Shown: positions 51,714-63,044, counted from the stretch's first letter. The stretch is DNA of 64,000 nt from Octopus sinensis (GCF_006345805.1 NC_043003.1:29450001-29514000); one strand, 5' to 3'. Numbers and translations are program-made. Notes: a model not told the origin generated them from the letters alone.

Positions 51714-52159
51714 GTATGTATTTACACACATATACATATTTATATACATATTTTTATGCATATGTACATATGTATAAATATATATTTATATATATAAAAT
51801 ATTTTGAAACTACTAAGATGTTTTGGAAACCAACTGATGAGAAAATCAGCTGTGAATGTTCCCTGTATTGTGTTTTTGTCTCCCTTTCCTGTTCATTATA
51901 TTTACACCTAGTTTTTCTCTAGTTTTCTATTTGTCTAACTTTTGAAAAATACGTACATATATATATATATATATATGATGATGATGATGATGATATATAT
52001 ATATATAAAGCAGACGTTAAACGATGATGATGATGATATATATATATATAAAGTTAATCCAAACAAGAAAACACAAAAAAGCAAAAAAAACTCAACAACA
52101 CGAGGACGTGGAACAAATAAAGTATTATTGGATGCTCAGGAAAGAAGGGAAGAAGGAGG

Positions 52160-52194
52160 GTTTAACGTTTTGAGTGGAGCTCTTCGTCAGAAAC
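52160..52194 (-). ncRNA. Minimal hammerhead-like relic (G12A) in a Penelope-derived repeat
   Basis: GTTT-CTGACGA-A-GAG-ctcca-CTC-AAAAC-GTT/AAAC. Confidence 0.5.
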
Positions 52195-52249
52195 ATAGAA
52201 GAAGGAAAGATCCCGAGAAGGGAAGACAGAGGAAAAAAATCATATATCA

Positions 52250-52810
52250 TCATCATCGTTTAACGTCTGCTTTCTATGCTGGCATGGGTTGAATGGTTTG
52301 ACTGAGGACTGGCAAGTCAGGAGGCTGCACTAGTTTCTACAGCTGGATGTCCTTCAAGCAAGGTCATTGCCAGTGTTGCTGGACTGGCTCTTGTGCAGGT
52401 GGCATGTAAAACACATCATTTGAGCATAGCTGTTGCCAGTACTCAACTGCTTTTTCACACAGCTATCCTCATCCATTCTCACCACATGACCATACCAGCA
52501 CAGTCATCTCTCTTGCACACCACATCTGGTGCTTCTTAGGTCCAACTTTCTCTCAAGGCACTTACACTCTGTCAAGTATGCACACTGACATTACACATCC
52601 AGCGGAGAATACTGGTTTCATTCCTTGCAAGCTTACGCATGTCCTCAGCACTCATGGCCCATGTTTCACTGCCATGTAGCATGGCTGTTTGTACACATGC
52701 ATCATACAGTCTACCTTTTACTCTGAGCGAGAGGCCCTTTGTCACCAGCAGAGGTAGGAGATCTCCAAACTTTGCCCAGGCTATTCTTATTCTAGCAGCT
52801 ACACTTTCAG
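52250..52810 (-). mobile_element. Degenerate RTE fragment (3' ORF and UTR), same family as 42851
   Basis: Colinear similarity to 45590-45910 and to the 3' terminus. Confidence 0.8.
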
Positions 52811-53299
52811 AGCACCCACAGTTTTCAGTCCCCTCCTGTTTATATCATAGTTGTCCAGACCATAATAGAGACATTTTAAGACCAACTGCCCAGGTGAACT
52901 TTCTTTATGTTGATGACCCAATTATAATATGTGAATCTATCAAAGGATTATGAATGAAGTTCCAGATATGGAAATGAAGCCTAGAATGGAGACATCTTCA
53001 TGTAAAACTCTCAAAGTCAAAATTTTTAGTATGCAAAGAAGACAAAACTATCATGAACATGGCCATACTTGATAAACAGAAAAGAAATAGGTATAAATTG
53101 TACAGAATGTAAACTATATACAGCTGGATCACAGAAATGCATATTTTAATTACTTTTCTTAAGTTGCTGGTAGTGTCTCAATAGTATTACTAATGATTAT
53201 ACAACCTTACACTACTCATGTAATCCCTTCAAACAAAAAAAGCATACCATATCAGTCATCATCTAAATCAACAAGGGCTGTGTTCCCCACAGGGTTTCC

Positions 53300-54748
53300 A
53301 ATCTGAAGTGGAAAAATCTACAACTGGACCACCACTTTTTTTTTTTCCAACAACCAGTCGAATGGACACTAAACTCAGAACAACTTCATCTCTGGCCTGT
53401 TGGCTTCTGCAAGAAGTATCCAGTAAATCAAAAAACATACCAAATGGATACAGGAAGAATATAGAGAAGTCTGCAACACATTTTATTCACCTTTTAATTA
53501 CTGCCACTTAAGAGCAAAACATATAAGGAATGAAGCATAACTATATGGAAATAAAAAAAAAAAGAGCCAGAAAAAAGAGATATTCTGAAGAATAACAGAT
53601 TAGGTAGAAAGAATTAAGCAACTTGCCTCAGAAAATACTATTAGCAGAAGCCAACTTGAAGAATTAGGTGTAACAGTAATTGTGGGAAATATGTCACCTG
53701 ATAAGATACAAAGGCACTCAGAGAAAATTAAGAACCTAGGGGTTGAATCTTTGATGGTTGGTACTGGAGATTCATTCCCCATCTTAGAGAAACACAGTGT
53801 TGATACCAACACAGTATTGAATGCATTGGGAAGTCTACACCCAAGTGATATAACTGACAAACCCATGGAAAGAAACAAAGAAGAATTAAATAATGCAACA
53901 GATGCAATTATTCATAAGCTAGGCAAAATCAAATACTGAGATTTGCAAGACAGGGAGAACGTCTTTAAAATTCAAAGCTAGCATAAGAATAAAAAAACTT
54001 AACAAAGTATACGATTCTGCCTTGAAATGACTGCAAAATGAAGTCAAAAATAGTATATAAATCATGCTGTCTATGTTACAGCATTCACAGCACATAAACC
54101 TATCAAGCACAAGGTGCCAATGTAAAAAGTTAAGATTAAAGATCAAATAGATGCTGTAGAAAAGAACTCCCCATTGTGGATGAATTAGCAACAGGTCATA
54201 ACTTTAACTATAAAAAAAAGAAAAAAACAGTAAAATAAAACAAATATAAAAATTTCAAAATAATGATGAAATAGTGCTAAGAAAACAGAGAAGCCAAACA
54301 TATATCTAAAGGCACGAGTAAGTAGATTCGGAAAACATACAAGATTCTACAGGCAAGGTAAAATATTTGAGACTGATGTGAAGGAGTTTTATAGGGAGAT
54401 AAGTAAAACAAAGACAGATGTTAAAACTGTTCCCTCGATTGGTGAAGTCCACAAATTTTTGGGAAAAATATGGAATGATTCAAAAGAGCATAATAAGAAT
54501 GGACAGAAAGAGAGAAAAAAGAAGAGAAAATATTCCACATCAGGTATGACATCTGTGTAGAAGACGTAAGAATAGCTCTTCAAAAAAGCTCAAAACTGGA
54601 TGTCCCTAGAAATAGATAAGATTCCAAATGTTTTTCTACATCACATAAAGCATTATTTTATTCTTATTTTATGAAAAATCCCTCTGAATCTCCCACATGG
54701 CTATCAGAAGGTATAACTTAACTTCTTCCAAAATCTAATGAAACTCTA
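53300..54748 (+). mobile_element. Degenerate R4/Dong-like non-LTR element, N-terminal half
   Basis: KWIQEEYREV, RDILKNNRL, FYRQGKIFETDVKEFYREI..FLGKIW..EHNKN, PTWLSEGIT motifs; cut by a hAT-like end at about 54750. Confidence 0.72.
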
Positions 54749-55413
54749 GACCACGGGTTCTCAACCATTTTTTATCTATGGTGCAGGAGTGGCTGTGTGG
54801 TAAGTAGCTTGTTTACCAGCCACATGGTTTTGGGTTCAGTCCCACTGCATGGCACCAAAGCCTTGTGAGTGGATTGTCTGTATTTTAAGCTCTAATTGAA
54901 AAAAAATATTAAAAAAAGGTAGAAATTTTAGGATTTATGGGGCGGGTGGGTCATTGCTTTTGATATATTAAAAAAAAATTTCTTTTTCTTTATGCACAAT
55001 TGCATCATGAATTCCTGTGTATAGAACACAAATTTCACAAAAATTTTCTGAAAATTCCAAAAAAGTGAAAGCCACAACCACTTACTACCTTCATTTCCAC
55101 TCATTTCCAAACTTTTTAAAAATCAGAGTCTAAAATATGGATAATCCGAATTTTTGGCTTAAATGCTACCCTTGGGTGCATCATCATCAGTGTTTGTATC
55201 TATGTTTGTCCCTCATCACCACTTGATAGCCGGTGTTGGTGTGTTTACATCCCCGTAACTTTGCAGTTCAATTAAAAGCGACCGATAGTATAAGAACCTG
55301 GCTTTAAAGAAGAAAGGTACTGGGTCAGTTCATTCAACTAAAATCCCTCTAGGGAGTGCCCCAGCATGGCCGCAGTCAAATGATTGAAACAAGTAAACGA
55401 TAAAATATAAAAG

Positions 55414-56211
55414 ACTAGCAGTATCGCCTGGTGTTGCTCGGGTTTGTAAGGGAAATAACTATATAAGCATTTTTAGAGATGTAAAGTATAATAGCCATCT
55501 CAATATGGCTAACCACAAAGGAAGGGGGGTGTTACTGTAGCTTTTTACGTTCTGAGATTTAATAATAAATTTTTAGAGAGTTACTTCCCTTATATATGCC
55601 AAAAATGCATTAAAAATGGGAAAAATTGATGGTAAATTTTTTTTTTAATCGTAGACTCATCGTAGACGCGCGCCAATACCCAGAAGGGCTCGATATGAAT
55701 CACGACTATAAGATACCCGGTTTTGGTTAAACTGCACCGCAAAATGTGAGAGTAGTTAGGAATCTAAATTGTAGGAGACAGACAGCACACAACCTCTCTT
55801 TTATATATAAAGACTAGCAGTATCGCCTGGCGTTGCTCGGGTTTGTAAGGGAAATAACTATATAAGCATTTTTAGAGATGTAAAGTATAATAGCCATCTC
55901 AATATGGCTAACCACAAAGGAAGGGGTGTTACTGTAGCTTTTTACGTTCTGAGATTTAATAATAAATTTTTAGAGAGTTACTTCCTTTATATATGCCAAA
56001 AATGCATTAAAAATGGGAAAAATTGATGGTAAATTTTTTTTTAAATCGTAGACTCATCGTAGACGCGTGCTAATACCCAGAAGGGCTCGATATGAATCAC
56101 GACTATAAGATACCCAGTTTTGGTTAAACTGCACCGCAAAATGTGAGAGTAGTTAGGAATCTAAATCGTAGGAGACAGACAGCACACAACCTTACTTTTA
56201 TATATAAAGAT
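55414..56211 (+). mobile_element. Head-to-tail tandem pair of a 399-bp Helentron-type HINE
   Basis: Units start at 55414 and 55813 and are nearly identical; actagcagtatcgcc 5' end, ttttatatataaaga 3' end. Confidence 0.85.
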
Positions 56212-57363
56212 ATAAAATACCACGCAGCGTTTTTTTCCAACTCTTTAATGATTCTACCATATTCACTGCATTAGATAACGTGTGAATGTGTGAGTGAGTG
56301 CATTTGTGTGTGTATGTGTGTGAATGTGTGTGTGTGTGTGTGAGTGTGCATATGTGTGTGTTTGTCTGTGCATGCGCACGTGTGTGCTCATGTATATGTG
56401 CAAGCGGCTTTACGTATATAGATGTGTGTGTTACGTGAATGTGTGTGTGAGTACGCATGTGGGTATATTTGTATGTATGTCTGTGTGTGTGTGAACAAGT
56501 CAATACATTTTATTTGATTGTATATGTATTGTGAATGCTCACATCTATACGTGCACCTGTTTATAAGTGCAAAAGAATGAAATTTTATATATGTACGCAT
56601 GTGTCTGTGTGAATGTATGTGCATGTATGCATGTGTGTCTGTGTATTTCATGCAAGTAAAGTACATGACTTTGTTATAGTGAGCAAATTTCTGTATACGT
56701 GTGTGAGAATGTATATATATATATGTATGTGTATGAGTTGACATGACTGTGTGACTGTGGTTATGTGTGGGTGCATTGTATCACATCAGGACTCATTGTT
56801 AGATGTGCTTACGTAAGGTGGTTGTTGCAAATCATAAACGTAAGTTTTAACTAGAAATTCACACATTCACTTTCACTTGCTCAGCTATTATAAAAGAATA
56901 TAAAACTTCTATGTTATATTTAACCGGTTTGTTTGTTATTGCTGTAAACAGATTATTGTCAATCTATAATTGGTGTTCACCTTGAAAATAGAGTTGTCGT
57001 CACCATCATCATCATCATTGTTTTAGCTTCTGCTATTCAATGCTTTCATAGGTCAGATAGAGTTTATTGAGGTACCATTTTCTGTGACTGGCTGTCCTTT
57101 TTGTCATCACCTCTTACCTATTTCCAAATAAGGTAATATATTGTCATGGCCAGAGATGATTTCACAGAATAATGGAAAAGAATGACATTGCTTGTATGAC
57201 AGTGACTCTCCTTTACAACTATCATACAATATCAAAACAGACAGACAGACACACACCCACCCACACACACACACATACATATCCATCCATCCATATATAT
57301 ATATATATATATATATATGATAGATCGCTAGCCACTACACACTCTTTATTTTCTCTCCTTGTT

Positions 57364-57401
57364 TCTTTCTGTGGAAGAGCATAGACTCGAAACGTTAAAG
57401 A
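57364..57401 (+). ncRNA. Minimal hammerhead-like relic (core CUGUGGA)
   Basis: TCTTT-CTGTGGA-A-GAG-cataga-CTC-GAAAC-GTT/AAAGA; 5-bp stem I. Confidence 0.45.
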
Positions 57402-57699
57402 CTTTTTTTACTTCCTGAGCGTTATACTAATACATGTTTGTTGTCTACACCACCTGTCTTCGTCTTTAAAGTGAAAGTGTCTGCATTACAAAAGAGAGAT
57501 GTTTTTGTTTCACTTTTAACATGTAATACTGAAATAGTGGAGAAGATATGATATGCTGTGGGGTCGCCCTAGGGAAAAAGTTAAGGCATGTGTTAAATTT
57601 GAATGAAATTGGTTGTGTAGTTCTCAAGTTTTAGGGAAACACACAGACAGACAGACACACATTCTCAGTTTTATATATATATAGAGATGATTATTAGTT

Positions 57700-58203
57700 A
57701 TATCATTAGTCTTTATATTATTATTCTTGTTATCAATTTTACTCATTTTATTTATAATATTATTATTTTTAATGTATTGTAATTTATTCTTATATCCTGC
57801 TTTACTTAAAGCCAAATCATATTGATCTTTATGCCTATTAAATTTATATCTTCATTATAAGATAAATATGAAATTCTCCTACTAATATTACATACTAATG
57901 CTTTTTACATTGAAGGTGGATAATTGCTTTGATAATTTATATATTATATTTTAAATTACAATCTGGTTTAATATATGATTCATGTATTCCAGATGAGAAA
58001 TTACAGTTCGTATCTAAGTAATTAATTGAATTATATTCTTTTTCAATAGTTATAGGAAGACCAAATCTTTTAAAAAATTTAAATAATCATTTCTTTATAA
58101 GTTTTAGGTGTCTATTAGATGTATTCTTAACTATAAAAAATGCATCATCTCTATGTAGTCAATGGTATCCAGTGACTAGTAACTATTGTGCTTATTAGCA
58201 TAC
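57700..58203 (-). mobile_element. Penelope-like RT relic, interrupted by the Gypsy insertion
   Basis: (G)LHRDDAF, FKRFGLPITIE, INYLD, ALSKAGY motifs; an MGS motif lies beyond the Gypsy at about 62446-62454. Confidence 0.72.
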
Positions 58204-58496
58204 TGTAGTGAGTGCGCGATTTGAATATAGAGGCACCTACCTTCTCTTCGCAGTGACGGAGACCCTCCAGTGATGACTAGTCCTTCCTCACAGCCCCGAC
58301 CCAAACACTAACGATAGCAGCTGCTAGCCCAAACCCTTAGCGACGTCCTCACACGTCTTGTCCCCTGCACGACCCACGTTGGAAAGGGCGCAATTTCCGC
58401 TCCCTGCGCACGCCTGACGGCTGACCCCTTCCGCTTGCCCCAGCTTCCGGTCAACGCACCCGGCTGCTGACGTCCAGCTGCTGACGTCATCCCACA
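58204..58496 (-). repeat. 3' LTR (293 bp) of the Gypsy element
   Basis: 3 transitions and one 14-bp indel versus the 5' LTR; purine-rich aagatcagggtggcg tract precedes it on the minus strand. Confidence 0.95.
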
Positions 58497-58509
58497 CGCC
58501 ACCCTGATC

Positions 58510-61316
58510 TTAAAGATCACAATCTCTCCGCTCCATGTTGTAGTCCACCATCCAACCGGGAGAGCGCCTTGCTCGTCGAGATCTTCTCAAGCTGGGCTCC
58601 TCGTTCTCCCCCTCTCCAGAATCATCGTCCGTCGAAGCAACAATCCTGCGAAAGTCCAAGACGTGTCGTGGTGTTCCATCTACGGATACGTTGCTTCTGG
58701 AATTGATCGCCGTCACCGTTCCTCTGCTCCATTGAGACGTACAGCGCGCCTTTGGTGGCTTGACCCAGACTTCCTCCCCTATTTTCACGCGAACAGGTCC
58801 CTTCTCTTCCTCGTGACCCTCCGGCGCTTTGCTCGGGTGCCTCCATTCATATTTGAACACAGCTCTCTGCGGCACAGATTCCTCAGCTTGTCCGGATCGG
58901 GGAGACAAGTTGTACCAAAAAACTGCTTCAAGCGGCGAAATGTGCCCTCTTTCCACTATGGCCTTGACTGTCCGATGGTGCCTCTCCACGATCCCGTTAC
59001 TGCTCGGCCTATACGCTGCTCTGAACAAGTGTTGCACATTCCACCGATCAAGCATAACCCTCAATGCTTCCGAACGAAACGCCGCCTCATTGTCCATCAG
59101 TAGTTCTTCCACGGGACCTCTCTCTAAAAATATCCCGTTCAGGATCTGCACGATCTCGTCAGCAATGCCCGATCTCAACTCCCTCCAAATGGCCAGCCGG
59201 CCCGGCCCACAGTCGACCATGGAGAGGTACATTTGCTGACGGTAGTGTGTCACATCCACAGCTAGCCTTTTCCAGTTCTGCTCCACGGAAAGGCTTCCCT
59301 GTTCATGCCCACACGGAGTAGGGTCGATGGACTGACACCTGTCGCAGCTCCCGACCACCTTCCGGACGCTTCTCCTAGTGACGTCAGCATCAATTTTTTT
59401 TGCCAGATACAGGGTCCTGTCCACACCCAGGTGATGTATAGCATGCAGTTTCTTCAGTTCAGAGTCATCCAACCGACACGCCGCAGCTATCCCTTTCCGG
59501 GCCTCCTCCGGTTCTTCCAACCACACTCTTTTCACCCTGGTCAGTACGTCCGCCCTGTTTTTCTCCGAAGGCACGAAAACCACGTTCAGCTTCAGTCCGA
59601 ACTCGGCGATCAATTCACCTAGAACTCCTAGACGGCGCTTCACTAACATCTCCGCAGCACCTTTCGTCCGCACTCTCCTGTCACCGGTGATCACCGATCC
59701 TACCCAGCCAAGCACAGTGGCCGAATCCGTCCGCATTTCAATCGTGCGCAGCCCCCATTTCAAGGCCAAGTTCACCCCTTTCAGCAGCGCGTCTAATTCG
59801 GTGACATTGATGTGGTTGAAATCATCTGCTTTCCGAAGCCAGGCCGCGTCCTCCACCGCAGTGTCTTCGATTGCCAACACCACCCCTATCGCTATACTGC
59901 TAGCATCACACCAGACGGTCCTGCATTTCGTCTTGGGCACGTACCAGTTCCCCCTGACCGGGTCTTCCGCTCTTGTCCTCTCTAGGATCTCCTGCATCAT
60001 CGCCACCGTCCCTTCTCCCACCTTGTCGCCCCACCTCTCTTCTTCTGCTCGTCTCTTGGTGTAACTACACGCCGTGCGCAGCCATCCAGCGATCGGGTAG
60101 TGACCGACCAACTTCCCACACACCGAGAACAGCTCTCTCCTGCTGACGCTGGAACTCAGCTCTGGGATTTCATTTCCTCTCCGGAACACCAATTCACCTG
60201 ATCCATCTCTTCGCAGCTTCAGCCCCAGCGCGGCTCCCCCTTCAATCGACTCCGGTGGCTTAGCAATCAGTCCGAACTTCTCCAGATGTCTAACTACCTC
60301 GTCGGCTGGCACTACAGTTTCGTCACCAAAATGTCGTCAATGTAGGAGCTGGTGTCCTTTCTAATCTTGCGGTCTTTCCCTAGGACGGACCTAAGCACTG
60401 CCGCCATGATCTTCGGAGCGGAATTCACCCCGAAACCCAGCCTGGTTAGACAGTACGTCCGGCCCTTGTACCGCACCAGCTGATATCGCCACAGTTTGTC
60501 GCTCACATGGAGCTGCAAGTATGCCGATCTCAAGTCGACAATCGTCGCTGCCTCAGTCGACTGTCTCCACTTACGTAATGCCTCACCACAAACGTCTGTC
60601 GCCTCACCTCCCGTGTGACACGATATGTGCTGGTTTAGCTCCCTGAAGTCCAGCACCGGTCTGACTTTTCCCTTCGTAGGCTGCCCCACCGCCATCAGGG
60701 GTAGCACTCCGCCCGCTACCTCCACCTTCCAAGGGACAAGGACCCCTTCCTCGATCCACCTCTCCACCTCGTCTTCAAACTCGACCCTGGCATGGCCTTT
60801 CAGGGTATGCTGGTAACAGCTCACCCTGTTCTCCAGCGTCGGGGGCTCGTCCTTCCATCGCCACTCTATCGTCCACCGCTGACCATCGAACGCCGCCTGA
60901 AAGTCTTTGTCCTCGATGGTGTAAGCGGCGCAGTCCCTCGCGGGGCTCTGCTCTCTCTGGCGATCCTGACTCGCAGTGCACGACGCCCCCACGCTTCCGA
61001 ACGTGACCTCATTTCCCACAACACTGACGCCACCGAGGCAGTTGATGGCGTCCATCCCCATCACCACATCAACTCCATCTATCACGCGTTCGGCCACAAT
61101 TGCCTGCAGCCTTAGCGTCGCGCCGCGCACCACTATCTCTACCTTGCTGCTGCCTCTGCAACGGATTTCGCTGCCGTCGACCGCCCGGACACTACTCACC
61201 CCGTTCCATTCCTTCGTCACCCTCGAAGTCACCAGGGTGGTCGTACAGCCCATATCCACAAGGGCCTTGAGCGTCTCCCCCTCGGCCTCCACGTCAATCA
61301 ATGGCAGCGTCTCCAA
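58510..61316 (-). pseudogene. pol: Gypsy Pol (PR-RT-RH-IN) broken by one frameshift just after YIDD; protease motif DMG
   Basis: ORFs 60312..61316 and 58510..60312 join if one base is restored near 60324 (YIDDILVDETVVPADE); RNase H D-E-D-D, IN HHCC and D,D35E intact. Confidence 0.9.
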
Positions 61317-61324
61317 TAGCGCCT

Positions 61325-62089
61325 CTACTCATTTGAGGGGAAAGTTCGAGAGGCAGCAACTTCCCCGCGGTCGTTTCCCTGGTCGCAATCACGTGCAATG
61401 TGCCCTGTCTGCCTGCATCGATAGCAAACGGGCCCCGGCTGCATACAGTCCCGCGCCATGTGCGGTCCCTGGCATCTAAAACACCGTCCAGAGAACGGCC
61501 GCTCTCGTTGCACGGTAAGCTTCTGTACCTCTTTCTCGGGACGTCGTCCGTCTTTACGCGCCTCCGTCACCGCCATCGCTATCGCCTTCCGCCCAGAGTG
61601 TCTCGTCAACACGCGAGCCTGAGCTACAAGTTCGCTCAACGGCATCTTTTTAACCCCGGGCAGTCGTTGTAGGTGAATCCCTACATCGTCGGGGAACCCA
61701 TTCACGAACGCCAGTCGGGCTGCTCTCTCCAGTCCTTCTCCGGCAAACCCGGCCAGAGTCGCTAGCCTTCTAACTTCTGATGCAAAGTCATCCACTTGGC
61801 CTCTCGTCCACCTGATTGCACCTAGCTTAGCAAAAGCTTTGTACTCGCATTCCGTGTAGGCATCACGCAAGCGTCGCTCTGTATTCTCCTCGCTGAGCCG
61901 TTCCTCTTCATCCATCTCTAGGTAGAGCATTAACGCGCTCCCTTCCAAATACAGTGCCATAAGACTCGCCATGTCGCTTATGCCCTGCAGTCTTGCCACC
62001 AGCCTGATTTTGCGAATCCAGGCCACTACATCGCCTTCGCCATTAAAAGGTCTGACGACGTCACTGGCAATCCTAATTTTTGCAGACAT
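61325..62089 (-). CDS. gag: Gypsy Gag, 254 aa, two zinc knuckles
   Basis: Intact ORF; CFRCQGPHMARDC and CYRCRQTGHIARDC. Confidence 0.92.
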   Translation of the reverse strand: MSAKIRIASDVVRPFNGEGDVVAWIRKIRLVARLQGISDMASLMALYLEGSALMLYLEMDEEERLSEENTERRLRDAYTECEYKAFAKLGAIRWTRGQVDDFASEVRRLATLAGFAGEGLERAARLAFVNGFPDDVGIHLQRLPGVKKMPLSELVAQARVLTRHSGRKAIAMAVTEARKDGRRPEKEVQKLTVQRERPFSGRCFRCQGPHMARDCMQPGPVCYRCRQTGHIARDCDQGNDRGEVAASRTFPSNE

Positions 62090-62121
62090 CGTGCTGAAAA
62101 AAATGTAAATGTTTAAGAACG

Positions 62122-62133
62122 GCCGAAATAGCT
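62122..62133 (-). promoter_or_regulatory. Non-canonical primer-binding site AGCTATTTCGGC, complementary to nt 1-12 of tRNA-Phe(GAA)
   Basis: Plus strand reads GCCGAAATAGCT directly against the LTR edge; no TGG-type PBS present. Confidence 0.75.
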
Positions 62134-62412
62134 TGTAGTGAGTGCGCGATTTGAATATAGAGGCACCTACCTTCTCTTCGCAGTGACGGAGACCCTTCAG
62201 TGATGACTAGTCCTTCCTCACAGCCCCGACCCGAACACTAACGATAGCAGCTGCTAGCCCAAACCCTTAGCGACGTCCTCACACGTCTTGTCCCCTGCAT
62301 GACCCACGTTGGAAAGGGCGCAATTTCCGCTCCCTGCGCACGCCTGACGGCTGACCCCTTCCGCTTGCCCCAGCTTCCGGTCAACGCACCCGGCTGCTGA
62401 CGTCATCCCACA
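62134..62412 (-). repeat. 5' LTR (279 bp) of the Gypsy element
   Basis: Direct alignment with 58204-58496. Confidence 0.95.
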
Positions 62413-62469
62413 CATACAACAGCAGTCATACATTACACTACTGGGAGGAACCCATTTTACAACAGTATG

Positions 62470-62532
62470 TATGTCTATATACATATATATGTATATATAT
62501 ATATATATATATAATATATATATATATATATT

Positions 62533-62576
<44 letters not shown>

Positions 62577-62605
62577 ATATGTATATATGTATATATATAT
62601 ATGTA

Positions 62606-62665
<60 letters not shown>
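62470..62665. repeat. Long imperfect (TA)n microsatellite
   Basis: Direct reading. Confidence 0.9.
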
Positions 62666-62669
<4 letters not shown>

Positions 62670-63044
62670 TCTGTATATGTATGTATGCATCTTTGTATGT
62701 GCGCCACATCACCTCATACTACACAGATGTGCCAATACAGTATCAGCACACATAGTATAAACCATAAACTGACATTTAGCTGATCTATATTTGACCTGAG
62801 CCTAGTCCCAAGTCAATAACGTATTTACTACAAAACAAGCTACCTAAATGGACACCATCCATACATAGTAGTGAATAATAACATTAACTACTCAGCTAAA
62901 TATGTAGACAACAGATCAATCACAAGCCATACCAAAAGTTAAAACTAATTTATTGTAAATTCTTAAAATATCTCTCTGCATTCACTTATCAACTAATCAC
63001 TAGTTTTAACATATTTGTACATTCATTAGCTCTCAAAAGAAACC

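Larger units (their letters stand above)
58204..62412 (-). mobile_element. Full-length compact (4209 bp) Ty3/Gypsy LTR retrotransposon
   Basis: Two LTRs with TG..CA ends, 5-bp TSD CATAC (58199-58203 and 62413-62417), gag then PR-RT-RH-IN order. Confidence 0.97.

Noticed and set aside
62122-62133. tRNA-Phe gene, or Tf1-type self-priming
   Set aside because: Only 12 nt match and the tRNA sequence does not continue; no complement of the PBS was found inside the LTR.
209-62783. Dozens of ORFs of poly-HT, YI, CV, LS, T or V type
   Set aside because: Translations of microsatellites; no splice or homology support.
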